Shown: positions 1-6,294 of the stretch, in pieces
Position numbering within the stretch: position 1 is the first letter of the stretch
Layout of the letters: every line of letters starts with the position of its first letter
From: a virus
Lineage: Duplodnaviria; Heunggongvirae; Uroviricota; Caudoviricetes
Reading direction: 5' to 3' (one strand)
DNA length: 7,099 bases
IMG/VR virus record: IMGVR_UViG_2541047432_000025
Position numbers and translations under genes: made by a program
The notes under the pieces: model-generated
What the model was told of the DNA's origin: nothing
The model's input: the letters and a program-made list of their open reading frames with translations, nothing else
Databases searched by the model: none

Positions 1-27
1 CTTACCGGAATTGAAGCAGTTTTTACG

Positions 28-582
28 TCAAAAAGCAATAACTTTTTTCTCTATACCAAAAGCCATAACCATTGGTTTGTACAAAATAAATTCTGCCACC
101 TTTAGCCAATGCTCAATGCGTCTTTCACAGGTTCTTAAACTCCATTCCGGATGTGCATCATTCAGCAATTCAGCCATTTTGCGCTTAGTCATCCCCCGCC
201 CCACATAACGCTGACTCAGAACATTGAGCAGCCCGGGATAACCTGCCAGTACTTCACCAATAACCCTGTCGATTATTAACGCCTCTGAATCGGTACAATG
301 CACCAGCCAGCTTTTTTGCTTGCCGTTGATCATATCCCGCAAAAAAGCCTCAAGTTTAGGTTTGTCCAGACCTGCTTTTTTCATCCTCCGGAGCGCCTCG
401 TTAATTGCCGTTTTTGTCAGCTTTTTAGAGGTCAGCAACTGGTTGAACATATTTCCCGTCTTACCGCCGCCAATATACGACCAGCGCCCCCACATACGTA
501 GTTTCCCCTGAATCCAGACACTTTCCAGCGTGGTGAGACGAAGGTGCTCTCCGCTTTTTCCTGTGTTCGTTGGGTAAATCAT
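28..582 (-). CDS. Putative phage late-gene antiterminator Q-like protein, 184 aa from ATG at 582 (the ORF track extends the frame to a non-ATG start at 702)
   Basis: Long minus-strand ORF. The ATG at 582..580 overlaps the stop of the upstream YbcO-like gene (ATGA) and has AAGGA about 9 nt upstream. It is the last gene of a nin-like chain, where lambdoid phages place Q. W-G-x-W and downstream conserved-looking blocks resemble my recollection of 82/933W-type Q proteins, but this is not verified. Confidence 0.55.
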   Translation of the reverse strand: MIYPTNTGKSGEHLRLTTLESVWIQGKLRMWGRWSYIGGGKTGNMFNQLLTSKKLTKTAINEALRRMKKAGLDKPKLEAFLRDMINGKQKSWLVHCTDSEALIIDRVIGEVLAGYPGLLNVLSQRYVGRGMTKRKMAELLNDAHPEWSLRTCERRIEHWLKVAEFILYKPMVMAFGIEKKVIAF

Positions 583-869
583 AAATAACCGTCCTTTCTC
601 CAGATCTCTTGTGTGCGAAAAACACCTTCTGCATGCATCAGGCGCAATTCTTCTTTGGTGTAATCGCTGGTTTTTACTCTCCCGTCGATTAAATCGTGGC
701 ATGAGTTACAGGCAATCGCTGCCTGCATATCGTGTGGCTTTATCGCTGTTCCGCACGTTCCCGCCAGCCTGTAATGCGCCAGCACAGAGGTTTCGGGATT
801 GTGATTGCAGTAGCCAGGGATTCTGATCTGGCATATCTGGCCTTTAGCCGCTTTACGTAAATTCACCAT
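579..869 (-). CDS. ybcO: YbcO-like DUF1364 prophage protein (96 aa)
   Basis: 96-aa ORF with LRKAAKGQ-C-IRIPG-CN-NPETSVLAH near the N-terminus and IACNSCHD further on, matching the remembered E. coli DLP12 YbcO pattern. ATG at 869..867 overlaps the upstream stop (TAATG); GGAG lies about 8 nt upstream. Confidence 0.7.
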   Translation of the reverse strand: MVNLRKAAKGQICQIRIPGYCNHNPETSVLAHYRLAGTCGTAIKPHDMQAAIACNSCHDLIDGRVKTSDYTKEELRLMHAEGVFRTQEIWRKDGYL

Positions 870-1468
870 TACGCAAACTCCAGTAGTTGTGCGGCCACAT
901 TTTCAACTTCCTCCTGAGAGGAGAATTTACGGAACAGAATCCAGTTCCACAGCACATTCAGTACAGATTTATAAACCTGCTGAAACTCGACTTCGTCCAT
1001 ATTCGCAAAAGCGATGGATTTTGCCCGACGCCCACGGCTACCGTCCGGATAAATATGCTCGGTGTAAAATCCGGCCTGAATGGTTACCCACTCGCGGAAA
1101 GCCTCAAACGACTTTAGCAACGCCGTATCCCGGGTTCTACGAGTCGCAACGGTGTTAAGGTATTGCTCTGCGGCATCACTCAGGGCTGGCGTGTGTTCCC
1201 GACCAACTGATTCGCACAGGTAATCAACGAAACCAGACAGCAGTTCTCGTTCGCGAGGCGTGATCGCCCCACCGACCGGAGTCCAGTAATCGAATCCCAG
1301 TTGCAGGAGTTTGAAAAAACGCTTGTGGAATGCGTAGTTACGCACACGCTTAAAATCTGCGTGTATCCACTCACCTATTTTGATTTGATGCAGAAAATCG
1401 CAACTCTCCGGCGTCGCCGGGAGAAGTAAACCAGAAGAAGTTTGTTTGACCAGTTGTATATGCGCCAT
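869..1468 (-). CDS. Conserved lambdoid nin-region protein, DUF1367-like (199 aa)
   Basis: 199-aa ORF with ATG at 1468..1466 and phage-like GC. It sits immediately upstream of, and is translationally coupled to, the YbcO-like gene. The family name is from memory of the usual DUF1367/DUF1364 adjacency. Confidence 0.55.
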   Translation of the reverse strand: MAHIQLVKQTSSGLLLPATPESCDFLHQIKIGEWIHADFKRVRNYAFHKRFFKLLQLGFDYWTPVGGAITPRERELLSGFVDYLCESVGREHTPALSDAAEQYLNTVATRRTRDTALLKSFEAFREWVTIQAGFYTEHIYPDGSRGRRAKSIAFANMDEVEFQQVYKSVLNVLWNWILFRKFSSQEEVENVAAQLLEFA

Positions 1469-1887
1469 TTCTCAATCTCTCGATGGCGCAGTGCAGCAGA
1501 TGCCAGTTGTTCAAGCTAGCACGCAAATTGTAAACCAGAATGCCAGGAAAAAACAAAACCCGCCGAAGCTGGTTGTGTGCGGTTGCGTTGAAGTCTCCTA
1601 GCCAAAGAGTAGCGGTGACCACTCCCCGCCGATAATCTTAGTTGTTTAATTTCGTAAGCTAACTAGGCTAAAAGCTCTCTGTTGTCTGCCTGTTGTACAA
1701 TTAACAAAATGAACAACGAACTAGATATACCAACGCCAGAATGGTGCAACAAATCCCAAACAACACAGCAATGCAACAATAACATATGTTATTTTCCTCT
1801 CACGGGATTCAGTCCTGAATTCTCATAAAGCTAATCTTTTTTTAAAAACATACTGTTAGATCACATGCACTTTCTTTCTTAACATCG

Positions 1888-1915
1888 TTGACTTCGCATG
1901 CGAAGCGTTTAAAAT
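1888..1915 (+). promoter_or_regulatory. Sigma70-type promoter for the GHKL-ATPase operon, with a palindromic candidate operator in the spacer
   Basis: -35 TTGACT (1888-1893), 16-nt spacer, -10 TAAAAT (1910-1915). The spacer holds the perfect 14-bp palindrome CTTCGCATGCGAAG (1892-1905). An A/T tract lies upstream near 1830-1850. The ATG at 1968 is preceded by a weak GAGAG Shine-Dalgarno. Confidence 0.5.
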
Positions 1916-1967
1916 CAACAATTTGCACTTAAGGTATTTATTTTCCCAAACACATAGAGAGTAAATT

Positions 1968-3359
1968 ATGACTGAGAACACGACTCCAACAGCAGACTTT
2001 AGTCCTAGTAAAAGATTTTTTGTAAGTATGCTAACTCGAGATATCGACTTAAACGATGCCATACTTGATCTGCTTGATAACTGCGTCGATGGGGCTTTAC
2101 GTACAATAAAAGACACAAAAAAAACTTCAAAACCATATGAAGGATTTTATGCGAAACTTACGATTAATAAAGATGTCTTTATTATAGAAGACAATTGCGG
2201 AGGTATCCCTAAAAGCTTCCGAGAATATGCTTTTAAAATGGGACGACCCCATCAAAAAGAAGAAGAAAATGAAGGCACCGTTGGCGTCTATGGTATTGGT
2301 ATGAAAAGAGCCATTTTTAAAATGGGTAGAGATTGCTCAATACAATCGAATAATCCCGATGGCGCATTCACTGTAGATATAACACCTGATTGGATCGATG
2401 GTGATGGTTGGAAAATACCGATGCACGAGAGTGACTATGATAACAAAAATCCAACAGGCACAACTATAGAGATAAAAAAACTCCATTCTAATGTGGCACA
2501 AAAATTTAATGAGAGCACATATCTTACTGATCTCTTTTTACAGATAAAACACTCATTGTCATTTATTATTCAAAAAGGATTTAAAATAGAATTAAATGGA
2601 GTTGTTGTTGAACATAATCCGATTAACATCATAACTGATCATTCTAAAATAGAACCATACATATATAAAGCTAAAATAGACGATGTTGATATCGATTTAG
2701 TTGTTGGCTTCTATAAAAATTTAGAAGATGACAATGATGATGTTTTAGAAAAAAGGAGTTCTGATGATGCTGGATGGACTGTCATTTGCAATGACCGCGT
2801 TGTTCTATATTGTGATAAGACACATCTCACAGGTTGGGGCTTTGCTAATGTACCAAGGTTTCATACCCAATTTATAGCAATTTCTGGGGTTGTTCGCTTT
2901 ACCAGTAAAAACCCAGAAAAATTACCAATAACAACAACGAAACGAGGTGTCGATCTTAGTTCTACATTGTACAATGATGTACGAAATAAAATGATTGAAG
3001 GGATGATGCATTTTATTCGATTCACCAATCAGTGGAAAGGTGAGCATCTTGAAGAAGGGAAAAAATTACTTAAGTCAGCTCAGTCACATGAAGCTCAATC
3101 TTTATTTGAAATTACCCCACAATCAACTCCAGAAGATAAAAAAAATAACTGGTCCAACCCTAATAGAAACAAAAATGAGTGGCGATATACACCTAAGCTG
3201 CCTACCCCAGTAAAAAAAAGCTCTACTGTACGAATAATCTTCACCAGAGAGAAAGAAGATGTTAAAATTTTATCTAAATATTTCTTTGGACATGAAGATG
3301 CTAGCGCTTCTGATGTGGGGATGCAATGCTTTGATACGGTGATTGAAGAGGTGAAGTGA
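1968..3359 (+). CDS. GHKL (Bergerat-fold, MutL/MORC-like) ATPase domain protein, 463 aa
   Basis: N-box DLLDNCVDGA (D34-x3-N38-x2-D41, nt about 2067-2096), G1 box IEDNCGGIP (nt 2190-2207), G2 box GVYGIGMKRA (nt 2283-2300) and a GTTIEI motif about 50 aa later, in canonical GHKL order. The C-terminal 260 aa or so has no motif I recognise. Stop TGA at 3357-3359 overlaps the next start. Confidence 0.85.
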   Translation: MTENTTPTADFSPSKRFFVSMLTRDIDLNDAILDLLDNCVDGALRTIKDTKKTSKPYEGFYAKLTINKDVFIIEDNCGGIPKSFREYAFKMGRPHQKEEENEGTVGVYGIGMKRAIFKMGRDCSIQSNNPDGAFTVDITPDWIDGDGWKIPMHESDYDNKNPTGTTIEIKKLHSNVAQKFNESTYLTDLFLQIKHSLSFIIQKGFKIELNGVVVEHNPINIITDHSKIEPYIYKAKIDDVDIDLVVGFYKNLEDDNDDVLEKRSSDDAGWTVICNDRVVLYCDKTHLTGWGFANVPRFHTQFIAISGVVRFTSKNPEKLPITTTKRGVDLSSTLYNDVRNKMIEGMMHFIRFTNQWKGEHLEEGKKLLKSAQSHEAQSLFEITPQSTPEDKKNNWSNPNRNKNEWRYTPKLPTPVKKSSTVRIIFTREKEDVKILSKYFFGHEDASASDVGMQCFDTVIEEVK

Positions 3360-4348
3360 TGTCTGGACAATACATTCCCTATCACTTAAGGCATAATAAG
3401 TCTATTGATAGAGAGATTTTTCTCGAAAGCCTAAACCTCTTAAGCAAAAGACTAAATATTCAAGAATATACATATATAGGTTTTGGTGGTCCGATGCTTG
3501 AAGATTTTAGAATCATGCATAATCGTATCGCTCTTTCTGATATGATTTCTCTCGAAGAACAAGAGTCTACTCACATCAGACAAAAATATAATTTGCCTTA
3601 TAATTGTATTGATTGTAAGCTAATATCAGCTCATGACTTTATTCTTGATTATAGTTTTTCTAAACCATCAATAACATGGTTAGACTATGCCTCCCCGAAA
3701 AAAATACAAACGGATCTAGATGATATACACTTACTAAGTACTAAAGTAAGCTCTTTTGATATTTTGAAGGTCACCTTCCCCATAAATCCTAGTTCTTATT
3801 ACCAACGTAGAGTTGGAGAAAGTTTAGATATTTTTAAAGAAGCTTTTATTAATTCATTAAAATCATTGCTTGGGAAAAAGTATCTTGATTTTAATCTTCA
3901 GATATCAAATGCAGATCTTTCAGATCGTAAGATTAAAGCTCTTTTAATACGAATTATTACAAACGCTTTTAGATCAGCAATAGAACGTGGTCTTTCAGGA
4001 CGTAAGGATAAGATTCAGTATTACCCATTATCCTTAAATCAATATAATGATGGCAGTCATACCATGTTGACAATATCAGGTTTTTTCTCCTCAGAACAAG
4101 AATATATAGAGTTATCTAAGGCATGCGACCTTTCTAACTGGCAATTTTATTCAACAAATTGGGAAGACGTGCAAGAAATAGCAATACCAACACTAACAAT
4201 TAAAGAAAAGATAAATTTAGATAGTAAACTGCCTGATAAAGAAGCATATCAGGCAGCCGCTGAAGAGTTCTCTTTAAACGAAAATGAACGGGATAACTAT
4301 TATAAATACTATAGGTTATACCCTAACTTCCAAAGAATTATGGTTTAA
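3359..4348 (+). CDS. Hypothetical protein, translationally coupled partner of the GHKL ATPase (329 aa from ATG 3359; ORF track lists GTG at 3356)
   Basis: ATG at 3359 overlaps the upstream TGA (TGATG), with GAGGTG Shine-Dalgarno at 3347-3352. Uninterrupted 330-codon frame, K/I/L/S-rich as expected for an AT-rich gene. No catalytic motif identified by eye. Confidence 0.8.
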   Translation: MSGQYIPYHLRHNKSIDREIFLESLNLLSKRLNIQEYTYIGFGGPMLEDFRIMHNRIALSDMISLEEQESTHIRQKYNLPYNCIDCKLISAHDFILDYSFSKPSITWLDYASPKKIQTDLDDIHLLSTKVSSFDILKVTFPINPSSYYQRRVGESLDIFKEAFINSLKSLLGKKYLDFNLQISNADLSDRKIKALLIRIITNAFRSAIERGLSGRKDKIQYYPLSLNQYNDGSHTMLTISGFFSSEQEYIELSKACDLSNWQFYSTNWEDVQEIAIPTLTIKEKINLDSKLPDKEAYQAAAEEFSLNENERDNYYKYYRLYPNFQRIMV

Positions 4349-5467
4349 ATATTCGGGCTGTACTCTTTTATTTAATAAATTGTACAGCCCCTTTAATATA
4401 TATTCAGCAACTATTGGTGACACGCTATTTCCTATTTGTCTGAAACTATGCCATTTAGTTACATGAAAGCGAAACCAATCAGGGAAGCCTTGTAATCTAG
4501 CAGCTTCTCTTGGTGTAATCACTCTTGGATGATAAGGGTGGATCGGCCTGACGGCTTGAAAGCTTCCTTTATCTCTAGCGGTTCCCGCCCTTAAAGTCGG
4601 GCAAAAACCATTTGGATCTAATCTTGTAGATCTTGAAATTTTATCAGTTTCCCCAAAAGATAAGGAAGCATAACGCTCTTGGACGATTTTGCTATGTAAT
4701 GTTCCGGTACATCCAGATATGATATTATTTTTTAACTTAGCGATCGATTCTGTATCACCAACATTCCGAGGGATCTGCCCCCATAATTTTTCATAAAATC
4801 CCCCTTTTCGATCTTTTTTAATTGTTCGCCAACTCTCAGAGTCTGATTGCCAATTGGCATCGATAATATCTGGTAATCCATACAAAGCATCTTTTACAGT
4901 AACCGGATCAATCATTTTAGGCATAAATACTTCATCTGAAATATCAAGCTTCAATGATTTTTTTACACCGATAAAAAAATATCTAGTTCGAATAGTTGGA
5001 GCACCATAATCAGATGCTTTTACCTTGATGGGATCAAGAATATCATAATCACCGCTAACCAAATTAAATGCTTTATTTCTAATGCCAGAATATTTCTCTT
5101 GCATAATACCTGGAACATTTTCTGCCAAAAAGAATAATGGCTGTAATTCTGATACTAAACGGTAGAAATGCATGTAAAGCTGATTCCTGCTATCATCAGG
5201 ATTCCCCTTGCCTATTGAACTAAATCCTTGGCACGGAGGACCGCCAATAATACCATCTATGGGCATATCGTTTTTAAAAAAACCCTTAATTATTTCTGCA
5301 TTTAGTAAAGAAACATCTTCTTGGACGTGCAAACTTCTTGGAAAATTAATTGCGTGAGTATTAATAGCATGTTGATCAATTTCAACTGCCATTTTAACAT
5401 CAAATCCAGCACGTGCAGCACCAAGACTTAGACCTCCAACGCCAGAAAACAAATCTATTACATTCAT
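4316..5467 (-). CDS. DNA cytosine-5 methyltransferase, Dcm-family (383 aa)
   Basis: Canonical m5C-MTase motifs in order: I DLFSGVGG (FxGxGG), IV GGPPCQGFS with catalytic Cys79 (nt 5233..5231), VI FLAENVPG (ENV), VIII-like APTIRTRYFFIG, IX ITPREAARLQGFPDWFRF, X GNSVSP. A variable target-recognition region of about 150 aa lies between VIII and IX. The 3' end overlaps the partner gene by 33 bp. Confidence 0.9.
   Translation of the reverse strand: MNVIDLFSGVGGLSLGAARAGFDVKMAVEIDQHAINTHAINFPRSLHVQEDVSLLNAEIIKGFFKNDMPIDGIIGGPPCQGFSSIGKGNPDDSRNQLYMHFYRLVSELQPLFFLAENVPGIMQEKYSGIRNKAFNLVSGDYDILDPIKVKASDYGAPTIRTRYFFIGVKKSLKLDISDEVFMPKMIDPVTVKDALYGLPDIIDANWQSDSESWRTIKKDRKGGFYEKLWGQIPRNVGDTESIAKLKNNIISGCTGTLHSKIVQERYASLSFGETDKISRSTRLDPNGFCPTLRAGTARDKGSFQAVRPIHPYHPRVITPREAARLQGFPDWFRFHVTKWHSFRQIGNSVSPIVAEYILKGLYNLLNKRVQPEYLNHNSLEVRV
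4355..4390 (+). terminator. Possible stem-loop terminator for the ATPase-partner operon, embedded in the 3' coding end of the convergent methyltransferase
   Basis: GGGCTGTAC (4355-4363) pairs with GTACAGCCC (4382-4390) as a 9-bp stem around an AT-rich 18-nt loop, 7 nt after the partner stop codon. The downstream run CTTTAATATATATT is only moderately T-rich. Confidence 0.25.
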
Positions 5468-5499
5468 ATAGTTGCAACGTCTCTTATTAGTTTCTATGT

Positions 5500-5529
5500 A
5501 TTATAACACAACTGTTCTTGATGTTTTAA
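5500..5529 (-). promoter_or_regulatory. Putative extended -10 promoter for the methyltransferase
   Basis: On the minus strand TGTTATAAT (plus coordinates 5508..5500) is an extended -10 with a consensus TATAAT; a weak -35 (TAAAAC/TTAAAA) lies 17-18 nt upstream. It sits about 33 nt upstream of the MTase ATG at 5467. The 8-bp palindrome GTTGCAAC (5471-5478) is in the leader. Confidence 0.4.
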
Positions 5530-5729
5530 CCCCATAAGATAACCTCATAAAGGCTATCCCTTGAAAATACCGGATCGCATAAATTTAATCTTTCAAAACT
5601 ACTTGTCTATTAATCGAGCAATTTAAGGTTGTTTTAGTCATGTCGATACCGACATAGTTAACTAAACCCATTTCATCGTCCAACAAATGGGGGTAATACA
5701 CTTTGATTTATAGTCGGGTGGGTTTTTCT

Positions 5730-5765
5730 CTATCTGCCTTTGGTGTTCATGCCCAAGGCAGATAG
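5730..5765. repeat. Imperfect inverted repeat (stem-loop) in the spacer between cargo and phage genes
   Basis: CTATCTGCCTTTGG (5730-5743) and CCAAGGCAGATAG (5753-5765) form a stem of about 12-13 bp with one bulge around a 9-nt loop. There is no U-tract on either strand, so it is not a classical intrinsic terminator. Confidence 0.3.
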
Positions 5766-5898
5766 CCTCAAGCACCCGCAGCAATTCTACTTAACTCTCC
5801 TTTTCCCGCAAACCGTTTTTATCTCCAGCGACAAATCGAATACACAACCAGCACCACCGCCATTACTGTTCCTACATTTGCGAATGCTTCAGGCCAGG

Positions 5899-6294
5899 TC
5901 ATTGATTCACCTTCTGCTCAATATTTTTAAGGTCATTTTCCGCATACAGTATTGCAGTTCTTGCTGCCCGCAACCGTGCTTTGGTGTTCTTTTCTTCACG
6001 CTCGAGGCTGGCAACAGATTCTCGGAGCTGATCGTGTCTGTTATGAAGCTGTCTAATCTCTCTCACCACAGCCTCACCATCGTTCGCACACCGCAGAACA
6101 TACTGAAAAGGGTCCACAACACATCCGCACTGCAAGCACAGGATAACGTGATCCTGTTCATGAACCTCAATGGCCCGATGCTTACAGCTCTGTTGTGTGT
6201 AGTTTTTTCTGCCAGTTACTGTAATGTTCAGCAGCTTCTCTTCATCGCGCTTTGGCTGCACCAGTGTGATGATATTATCGCCTTCATTTTCCAT
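5899..6294 (-). CDS. Hypothetical phage protein with a Cys/His cluster (possible zinc ribbon) and charged C-terminal helix, 131 aa from ATG 6294 (ORF track lists GTG at 6369)
   Basis: ATG at 6294..6292 overlaps the upstream stop (TGATG) and has a strong AGGAGG Shine-Dalgarno 7 nt upstream. Contains C-x-H...C-x-x-C-x-C (SCKHRAIEVHEQDHVILCLQCGCV) and a C-terminal region rich in R/E/K/L. Confidence 0.7.
   Translation of the reverse strand: MENEGDNIITLVQPKRDEEKLLNITVTGRKNYTQQSCKHRAIEVHEQDHVILCLQCGCVVDPFQYVLRCANDGEAVVREIRQLHNRHDQLRESVASLEREEKNTKARLRAARTAILYAENDLKNIEQKVNQ

Larger units (their letters stand above)
1640..5898. other. AT-rich cargo island (moron-like insertion) between phage genes
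   Basis: Hand-counted 60-nt samples give about 25-42% GC inside (2401-2460, 2521-2580, 3601-3660, 5041-5100) against 47-53% in flanking phage genes (601-660, 6401-6460). Gene orientation and content differ from the flanking minus-strand phage chain. Boundaries are approximate. Confidence 0.5.

Noticed and set aside
582-702. Longer 224-aa version of the Q-like ORF starting at 702
   Set aside because: The extension would overlap the YbcO-like gene by about 124 nt. The internal ATG at 582 has a Shine-Dalgarno and an ATGA stop/start overlap, making it the likelier start.
11-1374. Short plus- and minus-strand ORFs within the Q-like, YbcO-like and DUF1367-like genes (11..208, 298..501, 320..511, 611..826, 887..1117, 889..1158, 1180..1374)
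   Set aside because: All are antisense or out of frame relative to the three phage genes, which have family-like sequence and translational coupling. None shows a motif.
1371-1622. 83-aa minus-strand ORF (GTG start) overlapping the 5' end of the DUF1367-like gene
   Set aside because: It overlaps the DUF1367-like gene by about 98 nt in another frame, has no convincing ribosome-binding site and no recognisable sequence. I also checked whether it could be the remnant of a phage gene disrupted by the insertion, but the frame is closed by a stop at 1638-1640 and shows nothing protein-like.
1856-2116. 86-aa minus-strand ORF across the GHKL promoter and start
   Set aside because: It is antisense to the promoter and 5' end of a gene with clear GHKL motifs, lies in an AT-rich region where spurious ORFs are common, and has no motif.
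3095-3385. 96-aa minus-strand ORF inside the 3' end of the GHKL gene
   Set aside because: Antisense shadow ORF within a well-supported coding region.
3359-4348. Possible GIY-YIG (YTYIGFGG) or PLD-like (HNKSID) nuclease motifs in the partner protein
   Set aside because: Spacing and context do not match the canonical motifs (no upstream GIY about 10 aa before the YIG; H-x-K-x2-D instead of H-x-K-x4-D). These are treated as chance matches pending a profile search.
4284-4466. 60-aa plus-strand ORF across the convergent overlap
   Set aside because: It lies inside the methyltransferase coding sequence on the opposite strand, past the partner gene stop, with no ribosome-binding site. It is most likely spurious.
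1685-5739. Short direct repeat TCTGCCT at both edges of the island (1685-1691 and 5733-5739) as possible insertion target-site duplications
   Set aside because: Only 7 bp match exactly, which is expected by chance in a 7-kb window. No flanking terminal inverted repeats, integrase or transposase are present.
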